Of a DNA stretch of 64,000 nt, positions 1-10,603 are shown one piece after another (within the stretch, counting starts at the first letter, position 1; each line of letters begins with the position of its first letter). Below the pieces are notes generated by a model. The model saw only the letters and a list, made by a program, of their open reading frames with translations, did no database searches and was not told where the DNA came from. The DNA is taken from NCBI GenBank assembly GCA_035968315.1, contig JAVYIN010000007.1, positions 92,996 to 156,995 on the forward strand, in the 5' to 3' direction. This stretch comes from Nitrospira sp. (GTDB taxonomy: Bacteria > Nitrospirota > Nitrospiria > Nitrospirales > Nitrospiraceae). The position numbers and the translations under genes were made by a program.

Positions 1-394
1 CCTCCACAATGTCGCGGCCGACGATGCGATCCAGGGCCCAGTCGCCTCCTTTGACCAAGACGTCCGGTTGAAGGGCGGCGATGAGCGCATAAGGGTCCGG
101 CTCGGGAAACAGGACGACGAAATCGACGCAGCCCAATGCCGCGAGCACTTCGGCGCGCTGCGCCTCCGGGACGATCGGCCGGTCCGGCGCCTTGTCCAGG
201 CTGCGGACCGAGGCGTCGGTATTGACGCCGACGACCAGCACGTCCCCCAAGGCCTTGGCGGCTTGCAGATAGCGGGTGTGGCCGGCGTGCATCAGATCGA
301 AACAGCCGTTCGTAAAGACGATTCTGGCCCCTCCCGCCCGCAGCGCGGGCAGCCGTGCAGCCAGGTGATCGCGGGTGACGATTTTCTGTGTCAT
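1..394 (-). CDS. hldC: D-beta-D-heptose 1-phosphate adenylyltransferase (RfaE domain II / HldC-type cytidylyltransferase); partial, C-terminus lies beyond the window start
   Basis: Hand translation of the minus strand from ATG (394-392) gives MTQKIVTRDHLAARLPALRAGGARIVFTNGCFDLMHAGHTRYLQAAKALGDVLVVGVNTDASVRSL... It carries the CFDxxHxGH nucleotidyltransferase motif. It is absent from the ORF track because no stop codon lies inside the window. Confidence 0.8.
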   Translation of the reverse strand, partial: MTQKIVTRDHLAARLPALRAGGARIVFTNGCFDLMHAGHTRYLQAAKALGDVLVVGVNTDASVRSLDKAPDRPIVPEAQRAEVLAALGCVDFVVLFPEPDPYALIAALQPDVLVKGGDWALDRIVGRDIVE

Positions 395-518
395 GGGGCC
401 ATCATACCTGTCCCATCCTCACATGGGAAGCGGCACCGTTCGTTCTGGTCCGGCCGGCTCATTTCCCTGTCTGATTCCTTAAGTTTATGAAAAACCTGCC
501 CGATAAAGGAGAGACCCG

Positions 519-3500
519 ATGGCAAGGGAGGGTCTGTGCACGAGCGGTCGTGCTCAGTGGCTGCCGTCCGCCGGAAGACCGGGTTGTCGCTACGACGAGG
601 ATTATATGTCCATGGGGTCAGGGCCTGAGTCGATCGTACGCTCCGCCACGCCGCGGTCGGGGTTTACCTACCGCCGGCAAGTCACCCTGATCGCGCTGAT
701 CACGGCGGCCACCCTGATCACGGCCATGGTGAGTTTTACCTGGCTGCAACGGCAGATGGTCGCTGCGTCCGGCGAGACGATTTCGATCATGGCGACCGAA
801 ATCGCCGCGAAGCTCGATCTGCTGATGAACGAGCGGGCCGGTGACATTCGGATCATCTCGGAAACGATCGCGATGAACGGCACGACTGCCGCCGAGAGGC
901 AGCACCTTCTGCGCGCCTTTCATCAAGCCTATCCGCTCTATCTGTGGATCGGGGTGACCGATGCGGCCGGCCGCATCGTCGAATCGCTGAATGCGAGCAC
1001 GCGAGGCCTCGATGTGAAGGGGACTTCATGGTTTCAAGCGGTGCAGCAGGGCGGCGGTGAGATGTATATCGGCGATATTCAATATGACGAGGTCAGCGGC
1101 AGCCACGAGGCGGTTTCCTTCACTGCCCCGATTGTGGACCATCGGACCGACGCCAGGAACCGCCCGTTCCGCGGAGTGGTGTCCACCCGGGTGGATGCCG
1201 CGCGGCTGGAACAATTGGTGACGGATGCGATCCAATTGTTTCAGAAACGCACCTCCTTCTTTCATACGGTTGAATATCAGGTGCTGCGGGAGGACGGAAC
1301 CGTCTTTATCGATTCGGACTCGCTCCATGCCGGCAAAATGAACTTGGCCAAGAGCGGATTGCCGTCGGTCCGCCATGCCCGGTCTGGCGAGTCGGGGTTC
1401 GTGGAAGAAGCGCATCTGCGGCGCGGGGTGCCGGTGCTGACGGGGTATGCCCGCACGCATGGCCAGGGTGATGTGAATGGGCCTCGGTGGACCGTGTTGC
1501 TGCGGGTGGAACGCGCGGAAGTGGTCGCTCCGGTGCAGCATTTTCTCTGGACGGTGGGGACGGCCGGATTGGTGATGATCGGGCCGCTCATCGGACTGTT
1601 GGTTCAGGCGACCCGCCGGGCTCAGGTGGAGTGGCTGGAAGCGCAGGATGAACGAATCCGGTCGCGAGAGAACGAGCATCGGCTGCAGACGATTCTCGAA
1701 GTGGAGCCCGAAGGCGTGCTGGTGATCGGGGCGGACCGGCGTGTCCTGCAAGTGAATCCCGCGGGCTGCGCCCTGTTCGATGCCGGATTTCCGGAAGAGA
1801 TTCTCGGCCGCAATGTCGCCGACTTCATTCATGCGGACGACCGCCGGGCCTATGAAGAGGCGCATGCGGCCGCGTTGCAGGGGCGGGGGGTGTTGAACAA
1901 GGGCCGGCTCACCGGGCTCTCGGGACAATCCCGCTGGTTCGAAATGACCTCGGTTCCGCTGCCGGCAGAAGACGGGGCCGTGTCGTCCGTGTTGAGCGTG
2001 GTCCGCGACATTACCGAGCCCAAACACGCCGAGCGCCGGCAAGCGCTGCAGCATGCGGTGGCGAAAGTGCTGGCGGAGGCCTCGACGGTGGAGCAGGCGC
2101 TGCCGGACCTTCTCCGCGTCATCGGCGCCAGTTCGGAGTGGGAGGTGGGCGTTTTCTGGCAAGTGAACAACCAGACCAAGACGCTGGCCTGTGTCCATAC
2201 CTGGGGCGTGGATTCGGTGCTGTCGGAGACCTTTTTCACGGCCAGCCGCCAGGAAACGTTTTCGTCGGGCGTGGGATTCCCGGGGCGCTGTTGGGAGCGG
2301 GGTGAACCGTTCTGGGCGGCGGATGTGACGCAGGAGCCGGATTTTGTGCGGACGGCGGCGGCATCCGTGGCCGGGCTCCATTCGGGGTGCGCCTTTCCTG
2401 TGTGGCTGCGCGCGAGCGTCTACGGCGTCATGGAGTTCTATTGCCGCGAGACCCAAACGCGCGATGCGGACCTGCTGCGGACGCTGGGCACCATCGGGAG
2501 CCAGATCGGGCTGTTTCTCGAACGGGCCGAAGTGGAAGCCGCCCTTCGCGAGAACGAAAGCCGAACCCGGCTTATCATCGATACGGCGCTGGACGGCGTC
2601 GTGACCATGGATGCGCAGGGGCACATCACGGAATGGAACGCCCAGGCGGAACAGCTGTTCGGCTGGCCGGCGCATGAGGCGATCGGACGGGATCTTGCCG
2701 AGACGATTATTCCCAAAGCCCAGCGATCGGCCCACCGGGAGGGAATCAGCCGGTATCTCCAGACTGGCGAAAACCGGATGATGGGACGGCTGGTGGAGTT
2801 GCAGGCCCAGCATCGCGACGGCCGGGTCTTCCCCGTCGAGCTCTCGATCGCGCCGCTGCAGTTGGATGACACGGTGGTGTTCAGCGCCTTTATCCGGGAC
2901 ATCTCCCGGCGCAAGGAGTCCGAACTCGCCCTTTCCTCCTATGCCCGCCAATTGGAGCAGAGCAATCACAATTTGGACGAAGCGCTGGCGCAAGCCCAGG
3001 CGGCGACCGAGGCGAAATCGGCCTTTCTCGCGACCATGAGCCATGAAATCCGGACGCCGATGAACGGCGTCATCGGCATGACGGGGCTCTTGCTCGACAC
3101 GGAGCTGACGGCGGAGCAGCGCGAATACGCGGACGTGGTGCGCAACTGCGGCGATCATTTGCTGACCCTCATCAACGACATCTTGGACTTCTCGAAGATC
3201 GAAGCGGGCAAGATGAGCCTGGAGATCATCGATTTCGACCTGCGCCACGCGGTCGAGGACGCGCTCGACTTGTTGAGCGAGCGGGCCTCGTCCAAGCAGC
3301 TGAATCTGGCCTGCCTCTTCCATGCGGAGGTGCCGAGCGCCCTCCGCGGCGATCCGGGCCGCGTGCGCCAGGTGGTGACCAATCTGGTGGGGAATGCCAT
3401 CAAGTTTACCGAGCGGGGGGATGTCGTCGTCCAGGTGCAGCTCGTCTCGCAGGAAGATGGGGCGGTCGTCGTGCGGTTTGAGGTGACGGACACCGGCATC

Positions 3501-5012
3501 GGCATTTCCGAGGACCATCAACAGCTTCTCTTCCAGGCGTTCAGCCAGGCCGACGGATCGACGACGAGGAAATACGGGGGGACCGGGCTGGGCCTCGTGA
3601 TCTGCAAACGGCTTGTCGAAATGATGCGCGGCGAGATCGGCGTACGCAGCCAGCCGGGGGCCGGCAGCACGTTTTGGTTCACTGTCCGGTTCGAAGTCCA
3701 GCCAGTGCAGCCGGCGCTTTCGGTTCCGGAGGCCGCATCGCTGCAGGGCCGTCGGATTCTGATTGTCGATGACAAGCCGATCAATTGCCGTATTCTGGAA
3801 TTGCTGACCAAGAAGTGGGGCATGGTGCCGACCGTGCTGGTCGAAACCAGGGGGGCGCTTGAGCATGTGCGGGAACAGGGGGAGCGCGGGGACCCATACC
3901 AGTACGATGTCGTGATGCTCGATATCGATCTGGCGGCGCTCGATGGGCTGGAGTTGGCGCGGATGCTGGCCGGCACAGAGCCGGCGCCGCGGCTGGTCGT
4001 CTTGACGTCGGTCGGACGCCGGGGTGATGCCCGGGCGGCGAAGGCGATGGGGATTTCGGCGTATTTGACGAAGCCGGTGCGGGAAAGCCAGCTCGCGCGC
4101 TGCCTGGCCACGGTGCTGGAGCAGCCGCGCCCTGTGGCGGGAGAAGGACCGGTTCCGGAGGGACAGGAGCTGGTGACGAGGCACACGCTGGCGGAAGCCA
4201 GCGTGGGAACGGGAAAGAAGATTCTGCTGGCCGAAGACAACCTCATCAATCAAAAGGTGGCGGTGCGCATGTTCGAACGGCTCGGCTATCGCGTGGACGT
4301 GGTGGCGAATGGACTGGAAGCCGTCGAAGCCCTGTCCCGCATTCCCTACGACATGGTCTTCATGGATTGTCAGATGCCGGAGATGGACGGATTTGACGCG
4401 ACGCGTGAAATCCGCAGGCGGGAGGCGGGTGACAAGGAGCAAGAGGCGGCGGATTCCGGAGCCTCTGGCCTCCGGCCGCGCGCCGCGCGCCGGGTGCCGA
4501 TCATCGCCATGACGGGGAATGCGATGCAAGGCGATCGGGAGCGCTGTCTCCAGGCCGGGATGGATGACTATGTGCCGAAGCCGATCACGAGCGAGGTGCT
4601 GGCGGCCGTGTTTGAGCGCTGGCGGTGGACGGATGCCGGCTTGCCGCCGGGGGCCTCCCTGCCGTCGATCGATCCCCTGATCTTCGGCGGGTTGCGGGAA
4701 TTGACGGATGACGACGATCCCGGCGTGCCGGTCCGCCTGCTGCGCCATTTCGTGGCCGACACGCCGACCAGGCTGGCCACCCTCGGCACGGCCTGCCGGC
4801 AGGGGCGGGCGGAAGATGTCCGGCGGATTGCCCAGCGCCTCAAGGGCCGGGCTGCCCATCTCGGCCTCACGGGGATCGCCCGAGTCAGTGAGCGGGTTGC
4901 GCTCATGGCGGCTCGCGACCTTGCCGGTGTGCCGGCGCTCTTGACGGAGCTGGAACTGGAGTTTCAGCGTGTGCGCCGGCAGGTGGAGCAGGATCTCAAG
5001 GAGGCGGTGTAA
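519..5012 (+). CDS. Hybrid sensor histidine kinase: TM + Cache-like sensor, PAS, GAF, PAS, HisKA, HATPase_c, two receiver domains, C-terminal HPt
   Basis: 1497-aa ORF. H-box [14 protein letters not shown]; N/G boxes [27 protein letters not shown]. Receivers [18 protein letters not shown] and [24 protein letters not shown]. HPt-like [14 protein letters not shown]. The start is uncertain: ATG 519, or ATG 606 just before the TM helix [17 protein letters not shown]. Confidence 0.9.
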   Translation: MAREGLCTSGRAQWLPSAGRPGCRYDEDYMSMGSGPESIVRSATPRSGFTYRRQVTLIALITAATLITAMVSFTWLQRQMVAASGETISIMATEIAAKLDLLMNERAGDIRIISETIAMNGTTAAERQHLLRAFHQAYPLYLWIGVTDAAGRIVESLNASTRGLDVKGTSWFQAVQQGGGEMYIGDIQYDEVSGSHEAVSFTAPIVDHRTDARNRPFRGVVSTRVDAARLEQLVTDAIQLFQKRTSFFHTVEYQVLREDGTVFIDSDSLHAGKMNLAKSGLPSVRHARSGESGFVEEAHLRRGVPVLTGYARTHGQGDVNGPRWTVLLRVERAEVVAPVQHFLWTVGTAGLVMIGPLIGLLVQATRRAQVEWLEAQDERIRSRENEHRLQTILEVEPEGVLVIGADRRVLQVNPAGCALFDAGFPEEILGRNVADFIHADDRRAYEEAHAAALQGRGVLNKGRLTGLSGQSRWFEMTSVPLPAEDGAVSSVLSVVRDITEPKHAERRQALQHAVAKVLAEASTVEQALPDLLRVIGASSEWEVGVFWQVNNQTKTLACVHTWGVDSVLSETFFTASRQETFSSGVGFPGRCWERGEPFWAADVTQEPDFVRTAAASVAGLHSGCAFPVWLRASVYGVMEFYCRETQTRDADLLRTLGTIGSQIGLFLERAEVEAALRENESRTRLIIDTALDGVVTMDAQGHITEWNAQAEQLFGWPAHEAIGRDLAETIIPKAQRSAHREGISRYLQTGENRMMGRLVELQAQHRDGRVFPVELSIAPLQLDDTVVFSAFIRDISRRKESELALSSYARQLEQSNHNLDEALAQAQAATEAKSAFLATMSHEIRTPMNGVIGMTGLLLDTELTAEQREYADVVRNCGDHLLTLINDILDFSKIEAGKMSLEIIDFDLRHAVEDALDLLSERASSKQLNLACLFHAEVPSALRGDPGRVRQVVTNLVGNAIKFTERGDVVVQVQLVSQEDGAVVVRFEVTDTGIGISEDHQQLLFQAFSQADGSTTRKYGGTGLGLVICKRLVEMMRGEIGVRSQPGAGSTFWFTVRFEVQPVQPALSVPEAASLQGRRILIVDDKPINCRILELLTKKWGMVPTVLVETRGALEHVREQGERGDPYQYDVVMLDIDLAALDGLELARMLAGTEPAPRLVVLTSVGRRGDARAAKAMGISAYLTKPVRESQLARCLATVLEQPRPVAGEGPVPEGQELVTRHTLAEASVGTGKKILLAEDNLINQKVAVRMFERLGYRVDVVANGLEAVEALSRIPYDMVFMDCQMPEMDGFDATREIRRREAGDKEQEAADSGASGLRPRAARRVPIIAMTGNAMQGDRERCLQAGMDDYVPKPITSEVLAAVFERWRWTDAGLPPGASLPSIDPLIFGGLRELTDDDDPGVPVRLLRHFVADTPTRLATLGTACRQGRAEDVRRIAQRLKGRAAHLGLTGIARVSERVALMAARDLAGVPALLTELELEFQRVRRQVEQDLKEAV

Positions 5013-8000
5013 TGGCGTTCTATCGCCGGCTGCATGCCTTGGCGTCCCGGGGCGTGGGGCTTCTGGTCTTGGTGGCCGTCATCGCCGTTCTCGTGGGGAT
5101 GGCCGGCCTCTGGATGGTGGAGCGGGAACTCATTGCCCGTGCCGGAGAAAGTCTGGCGTTGGGGGCCATGGACGTGGCGGGCAAGCTCGATGCCCAGGTC
5201 GCGGAACGAGTGGGAGATTTGGAGGTGCTGGCGGCCGCGCCCCAGCTGCGTTCGCCGGATCCGAAGTTGGTGCGCGCCCATTTGGAAACGGTTCAGCGCG
5301 CCTACCCCGTGTATGCGCGATTGACGATGGCGGATCGTACCGGCCTGGTGGTGGCGTCCACGGATCATGAGCTGGCAGGCCGGGATGTGCGCGAATTCTC
5401 CTGGTTTCAAGCCGTCTGGCACAGGCCTGCGGCTCAGGTGGCGCCGGTCATCGGAGACTCCGAGGGCCGGCAAGGGCTGGCGGCGATCGTCTTCTCGGCC
5501 CCCATCAAGGGAGCCGATGGCACATTTCAGGGCGTGATCATGACGGAGGTGGACCGTGGCTATTGGCGCAAGATGGTATCGGACACGGTCGATCAGTTCG
5601 GGGTGCAAGCGCAACATTTCGGCCTGGTCCGGTATCGCGTGCTCGATCACGCGGGCGAGGAGCTGCTGACCTTCGAAGAGGCGGGGGGGCTGCCGGGGAA
5701 CTTGAGGCGGCTGGGGTTGCCGTCGGCGGTGCGGGTGGCGGCCAACCGGCCGGGCTGGGTCGAAGAAGCGGATGTCGCGCGCAAAACCCCGATCATTACC
5801 GGGTATGCCCGCATGCGCGGGGTTGGAACCAGCGAGGCCTTGCAGTGGGGCATTCTGGTCCGGGCCGATCGTCAGGAGGTCCTGGCGAGCATCCAAGGGA
5901 TTCTGCTCAAGCTGGCATTCACCGGATGCGCCGCGTTCATTCCGCTGGTGGGATTGGTGGCCTGGGCGAACGCCCGGCAGCGGCAAGAGGAGGAGAAGTC
6001 GGCGCAGGCGCAGCGGGCGCTGGCGGAGAGCGAGTCCCGGACGAGGACGATTCTGGATAACGCCATGGACGCCGTGATCGTCATGAATACGCAGGGGCTC
6101 ATCGTCGGCTGGAATAAACAAGCGGAACGGATCTTGGGCTGGCCGATGCAGGAAGTGCTGGGGCATCATCTGGGAACGCGGATTGTGCCGCCGCAACATC
6201 GCGATGCGCATAACCGGGGCCTGGCCCGCTATCTGACGACCGGGGAAGGCCCGGTGTTCAACAGGCGCATCGAAATTACGGCGCTTCGGAAAGACGGGAC
6301 CGAGTTTCCCATTGAGCTGACCGTGACGCCGGTGCAGACGGAACAAGGCGTGCTGTTCAGCGCGTTCGTCCGCGATATGACGGAGGTTCAGTTGCGCGAG
6401 CGGCAGCGCCAGATGGAGTATGCCCTGGCCAAGGTGCTGGCGGGCACGACGGTGATCGGCGACCTGATGCCGGCGTTGCTGGAGGCGATCGGCTCGAGTC
6501 TCGATTGGGCGGTCGGGGTGTGGTGGGGACCGGACGCGGCGGCCAATCGGCTCTGTTGCCGCGCTACCTGGGCGTCCGATCCTGCCAGGAGCGCGGAATT
6601 TCTCGAGGCGACGAGGCAGATCGATTTTGAACCGGGCATCGGGCTGCCGGGGCGTGTGTGGCAGAGCGGCCAGCCGGCCTGGATTCCCGACGTGCTGGCC
6701 GATCCGAACTTTCCTCGCGTGTCGCCGGCCGAAACGGCCGGGCTCCACGGAGCCCTGGCGATTCCCATCGCGGTGGGCACCGAGATGGTGGGCGTGTTGG
6801 AATTTTTCTCGACCGCGGTGCAAACCTCCGATCAGAGCTTGTTGGGTGCGCTCACGTGGATCGGGGCGCGGGTCGGCTCGGTCATGGAACGGCGGCAGGC
6901 GGAGCAGGCGCGGCGCGACAGCGACGCGCGGATGCGGGCCGTCGTCAGCGGAGCCTTGGACGCGATCGTGCTCATGGACGGAGAAGGGCGCATCGCCGGA
7001 TGGAACCGGCAGGCGGAGGATACCTTCGGCTGGCCGGAAGCGGAAGTCCTCGGACGGGATCTCAGCCAAACCATTGTCCCGCCGTCGCTGCGGGAGGCGC
7101 ATCGTGCGGGATTGGCCAAATATCTGGCGACCGGCGAAGGGCCTGTCCTGAATCAGATGATCGAGATCACGGCGGTCCGGAAAGACGGGTCGGAGTTCCC
7201 CATCGAATTGACGATCACGCCGTTACAAGTGGAGAGCGGCATGATGTTCAGCGCCTTTGTGCGGGACATCACGGCGCGGAAACAGATGGTCGAACGGTTG
7301 AACGAACGGGAAATGTTCTTCCGGCTCCTGTCCGAACAGCTCCCGGTCGGCGTCTTTGAAGTCAACGCCGCCGGCGCCTGTTTGTACACGAATAAGATGT
7401 GGGAGCTGATTTGCCGTGGTCATGGCGGGCAGGCCGGGCATCGGAAGATGGCGGCCGCGCCGTCCAAGTCATGGACGCAGTGGTTTCATGTGGACGATCG
7501 TCCGGCCATAGAGGCGGCGTGGGCGAAGACGACCTCGGCCTATGTGCCGATTCAGCACGAATGCCGACTGGCGGGCGGAGGGGAAGAGGCGCAATGGATT
7601 CAGGTGCTGCTGTGGCCGATGGTCACGGAAACCGGTGTCCGGTATCTTGGGACGATCGAGGACATTACCGCGCGCAAACGGACGATCGCGCACACGATGC
7701 AGTTGCTTCGCGAAGGCCGCTTTGAGCTGCAGACGCTGTCCGAGGCGAAACATCTGGCGGAATTGCTCGCCTACGCGTTTCCGGATCCGGCCCGCGCCCA
7801 GTTGGGGATCACGGAGCTGCTCGTGAACGGCGTCGAGCACGGCAATCTGGACATTTCGTATGACGAGAAGACCGGGCTGTTGGAGCAGGGCAAGCTGGAC
7901 GAGGAACTGGCGCGGCGCCTGGCCTTGCCGGACTATGCCCGCCGGCGTGTGCGTGTGACGACCGCGCGGACCGACACCGAATTGAGACTGGCCATTGTGG

Positions 8001-8209
8001 ATGAAGGCAAAGGGTTCGATTGGTCGCAGTATCTCGATCCCGGACGCGAACCGTCCGGTGGATCGCATGGCCGCGGGATCGCGATGTCCAAACTGATCAG
8101 TTTCGATCACCTGGAATATCGGGACCGCGGAAATCATGTCGTGGTGACCACGCGTCTGGCCGGCCCCCCCGCTGGGAGCGAGGCTCCGGAGCAGGCCCAA
8201 GCCGCTTAG
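5012..8209 (+). CDS. Multi-sensor protein: TM + Cache-like, PAS, GAF, PAS, PAS, then a C-terminal RsbW/SpoIIAB-like GHKL ATPase domain; no HisKA or receiver
   Basis: 1065-aa ORF. Its start ATG overlaps the upstream stop (TAATG at 5010-5014). The C-terminus carries GHKL motifs ELLVNGVEHGN (N-box), IVDEGKGFD (G1) and GGSHGRGIAM (G2). I could not find an H-box. Confidence 0.85.
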   Translation: MAFYRRLHALASRGVGLLVLVAVIAVLVGMAGLWMVERELIARAGESLALGAMDVAGKLDAQVAERVGDLEVLAAAPQLRSPDPKLVRAHLETVQRAYPVYARLTMADRTGLVVASTDHELAGRDVREFSWFQAVWHRPAAQVAPVIGDSEGRQGLAAIVFSAPIKGADGTFQGVIMTEVDRGYWRKMVSDTVDQFGVQAQHFGLVRYRVLDHAGEELLTFEEAGGLPGNLRRLGLPSAVRVAANRPGWVEEADVARKTPIITGYARMRGVGTSEALQWGILVRADRQEVLASIQGILLKLAFTGCAAFIPLVGLVAWANARQRQEEEKSAQAQRALAESESRTRTILDNAMDAVIVMNTQGLIVGWNKQAERILGWPMQEVLGHHLGTRIVPPQHRDAHNRGLARYLTTGEGPVFNRRIEITALRKDGTEFPIELTVTPVQTEQGVLFSAFVRDMTEVQLRERQRQMEYALAKVLAGTTVIGDLMPALLEAIGSSLDWAVGVWWGPDAAANRLCCRATWASDPARSAEFLEATRQIDFEPGIGLPGRVWQSGQPAWIPDVLADPNFPRVSPAETAGLHGALAIPIAVGTEMVGVLEFFSTAVQTSDQSLLGALTWIGARVGSVMERRQAEQARRDSDARMRAVVSGALDAIVLMDGEGRIAGWNRQAEDTFGWPEAEVLGRDLSQTIVPPSLREAHRAGLAKYLATGEGPVLNQMIEITAVRKDGSEFPIELTITPLQVESGMMFSAFVRDITARKQMVERLNEREMFFRLLSEQLPVGVFEVNAAGACLYTNKMWELICRGHGGQAGHRKMAAAPSKSWTQWFHVDDRPAIEAAWAKTTSAYVPIQHECRLAGGGEEAQWIQVLLWPMVTETGVRYLGTIEDITARKRTIAHTMQLLREGRFELQTLSEAKHLAELLAYAFPDPARAQLGITELLVNGVEHGNLDISYDEKTGLLEQGKLDEELARRLALPDYARRRVRVTTARTDTELRLAIVDEGKGFDWSQYLDPGREPSGGSHGRGIAMSKLISFDHLEYRDRGNHVVVTTRLAGPPAGSEAPEQAQAA

Positions 8210-8919
8210 CGTGGGGAATGGGCGCGCGAGTCCCAATCCAGCGCCAGTTGAGCCGCCTGATGGATGGCGGCGGATGGCTGCAATAGAGCCGGTTCCGTGT
8301 GAGCCGGCGTCGGGGGAGGGGGAAGAGGATCATGGCCCGGCTCTTCCTGCAAGCGGCCTCGGCAGCTCCCGCACACGTGCCGCCGCGGCTCGATGGTCTT
8401 GCGCTGACGGCGGTAGACCCGTCCACAGCCTGTGCAGCGCCAGGCAAACCGGGCCAGAGCCAGCACTTCCGTTTTTAGCGAGTGGCAGATCGTAATCGAC
8501 ACCAGCCCGCTCCGATTCATCTCCGTCATCTTTCGCAGAAAGTCTGCGCCGTGATTCGGCTTCCGCTTCAGGACGTCAAACTGCCACTGGTGAATCATCT
8601 CGTGTGCCAGGGTGTTCAGCAGTTCTTGCCCGGCATACGGCGTTCGTTCGGACAATTGTGACAACAGCGGTGCGGAGAGACGAATCTCCCGCGTGATCCG
8701 ATGCGCGGGGATGAGCGCGCCCAACAGGCGTGGCCGGGGCCCTCCACGGCTGACGAACATGCCGGCCGACGAGGTGAGGCGGCGGCTCCACACGATGGCG
8801 ACCGCCGGCAGGAGTCCGGCGAAGTAGCGCTCGTTGAGCGCACGCCATTCGGCCTGCAAGCGGTCGGCGCTCCATAGTATAGAGGGTGAACGAGGGCTTT
8901 CTGAGGAAGTCGGTGTCAT
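8206..8919 (-). CDS. SprT-like zinc metalloprotease domain protein with a C-terminal Cys4 zinc ribbon
   Basis: HEMIHQW (HExxH) motif; CTGCGRVY...CGSCRG ribbon. I prefer ATG 8919 (MTPTSSES...) because the longer 8988 start would overlap the upstream gene. Confidence 0.7.
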   Translation of the reverse strand: MTPTSSESPRSPSILWSADRLQAEWRALNERYFAGLLPAVAIVWSRRLTSSAGMFVSRGGPRPRLLGALIPAHRITREIRLSAPLLSQLSERTPYAGQELLNTLAHEMIHQWQFDVLKRKPNHGADFLRKMTEMNRSGLVSITICHSLKTEVLALARFAWRCTGCGRVYRRQRKTIEPRRHVCGSCRGRLQEEPGHDPLPPPPTPAHTEPALLQPSAAIHQAAQLALDWDSRAHSPR

Positions 8920-8935
8920 GGCACAGGCCGGCGGG

Positions 8936-9928
8936 CTAACGGAGTTGTTCGAGGACCGCCGCCGCCAGCAGCGGCAGCATGATTTCATGATGACCGGTCA
9001 GGGTGTAGCCCTTGCCACCCTTTTGGGTCGGGCGCCGGACGACATTGGTCAAGGGCCGGTAGTGCGACAGGAAATCCATGTTGACGGTGGTGATTTTGGC
9101 CAGCGGATGGCCGAGATTCCGGCCCAATGAGACCGCCTTCAGGAACACTTCCGGGAGGATCACGGCCGATCCCACATTCACGTACACGCCGCCTTCCATG
9201 CCTGCCACGACGGCGGCCAGACGGCGAAAATCGAGCAGCGAGGTCGCGCCGATGGCGGCGCCATCCGCCGACGGATGCATGTGGATGATGTCGGTGCCGA
9301 TGGCGACATGGACGGTAACCGGAATGCCGAGCCGCGCGCCGGCCGCCAGAATGCTCGTGGCCTTGTGGCGAAACTGGCCCTGCGTGCGATTGATGGCGTG
9401 TCCGATGGCCTCGCCGAGTCCCTGGCCGTTCTGCGCGCCGCGCACGATGGCCTCGTTCAGAATGCGGCCGGTGTCCTCGGCCATGCCGAAGCGGCCGTCG
9501 TCGATCTCGGCTTCGACGTCTTCCGACGTATGGCCCATCAGCGCCAGTTCAAAGTCGTGGACGATGCCGGCGCCGTTCATCGCCACGGCCGTCACAATGC
9601 CGCGTTCCATCAGATTGACGATGACGGGATTCAGCCCGACCTTGATCACATGCGCGCCGATGCCCAGGATCACCGGGTGATGGTGGCGGTGGGCCGCCGC
9701 GATGGCGGCCGCCACGGCGCGCAACGTTTTCACGGCCAGCAGATCGGGGAGCGACGCCGCGAATTGGGCAAACGAGCCGCCGCGCGTCCAGGGTTGCGCG
9801 AAGTCGGAGACGCGGACTTTGCTGTGGCGTTTCTTCAGGGGATAGGTCGTGAGATCCGACACGTTGATCGGGGGAATCAGCTTGGGGGCCGGCTGTTGCG
9901 GGGGAGTCCGGTTAGGACGCGTGGCCAA
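8936..9928 (-). CDS. Deoxyhypusine-synthase-like family protein (function unknown)
   Basis: 330-aa ORF. LMERGIVTAVAMNGAGIVHDFELAL, GIPVTVHVAIGTDIIHMHP and GGVYVNVGSAVILPEVFLKA resemble the DHS-fold motifs (VTTAGGxEED; IPVxxPxxTDG; GGGxxKH). This is recognised by eye only. Confidence 0.5.
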   Translation of the reverse strand: MATRPNRTPPQQPAPKLIPPINVSDLTTYPLKKRHSKVRVSDFAQPWTRGGSFAQFAASLPDLLAVKTLRAVAAAIAAAHRHHHPVILGIGAHVIKVGLNPVIVNLMERGIVTAVAMNGAGIVHDFELALMGHTSEDVEAEIDDGRFGMAEDTGRILNEAIVRGAQNGQGLGEAIGHAINRTQGQFRHKATSILAAGARLGIPVTVHVAIGTDIIHMHPSADGAAIGATSLLDFRRLAAVVAGMEGGVYVNVGSAVILPEVFLKAVSLGRNLGHPLAKITTVNMDFLSHYRPLTNVVRRPTQKGGKGYTLTGHHEIMLPLLAAAVLEQLR

Positions 9929-10490
9929 GGAGTGATTCCTCTACGAGTTCGCACAGCACATGGCCGAGCGTGATATGGCTTTCTTGAATGCGGGCGGTGA
10001 CGCTCGATGGCACGACGAATGGATGATCGACAAGGGCCGCGAGTTTCCCGCCGCTGCCGCCGGTCCAGGCGACGGTGATCATCCCGCAGGCGCGGGCCGC
10101 TTCGACACCCTTCAACACGTTCGGCGAATTGCCGCTGGTGCTGATGGCGATGGCGATGTCGCCCTTCTGCCCATGCGCGCGCACCTGGCGGGCGAAGAGT
10201 TCATCGTAGCCGTAGTCGTTGGCGATGCAGGTGATGGCGGCGATATCGGTGGCCAGGGCGATGGCCGGCAGCGGCTGGCGCTCGCGCTTATACCGGCCGA
10301 CGAATTCCGCGGCGATGTGCGCGGCGTCGGTGGCGCTGCCGCCGTTGCCGAACAGCAGGACTTTGCGGCCTTCGCGAAAGGCCACGACCATCAGCGCGGC
10401 GACCTGGGCGATCCGGTCGGCATGGTCGTGCGCAAACTGCTGTTTCACGCTCGCGCTATCGGCAAAGGCCTTGAGGACGAAGTCTTTCAT
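9912..10490 (-). CDS. gmhA: Phosphoheptose isomerase (SIS domain)
   Basis: 192-aa ORF. FGNGGSATDAAHIAAEF, IAISTSGNSPNV and QESHITLGHVLCELVE are typical GmhA motifs. The 3' end overlaps the next gene by 17 nt. Confidence 0.9.
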   Translation of the reverse strand: MKDFVLKAFADSASVKQQFAHDHADRIAQVAALMVVAFREGRKVLLFGNGGSATDAAHIAAEFVGRYKRERQPLPAIALATDIAAITCIANDYGYDELFARQVRAHGQKGDIAIAISTSGNSPNVLKGVEAARACGMITVAWTGGSGGKLAALVDHPFVVPSSVTARIQESHITLGHVLCELVEESLLGHAS

Positions 10491-10565
10491 GCAGGGCGAT
10501 TCTAGGCGAGGGCGGCAGTCCTGTCAAACAAGACGCCGCAATCGCACGCGCGGCGGTGCTGTGAA

Positions 10566-10594
10566 TTGAACAGGCCGGGAGGCAATGCTATAGT
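10566..10594 (+). promoter_or_regulatory. Sigma70-like promoter: TTGAAC, 17-nt spacer, TATAGT, ending 9 nt before the CARF gene ATG (a leaderless or near-leaderless transcript is implied)
   Basis: Read directly: TTGAAC at 10566-10571, 17-nt spacer, TATAGT at 10589-10594, ATG at 10604. Confidence 0.45.
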
Positions 10595-10603
10595 CCGCGC
10601 CCG

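Noticed and set aside
1026-4859. 1277-aa ORF antisense to the hybrid kinase. Similar long antisense ORFs lie at 4964-7102, 18583-20034, 20888-22396, 28714-29769, 42444-44927 and 48610-49899.
   Set aside because: Their products are Arg/Pro/His/Gly-rich low-complexity sequences with no recognisable motifs. Each lies opposite a gene with clear family signatures. These are typical stop-codon-poor shadow frames of GC-rich DNA.
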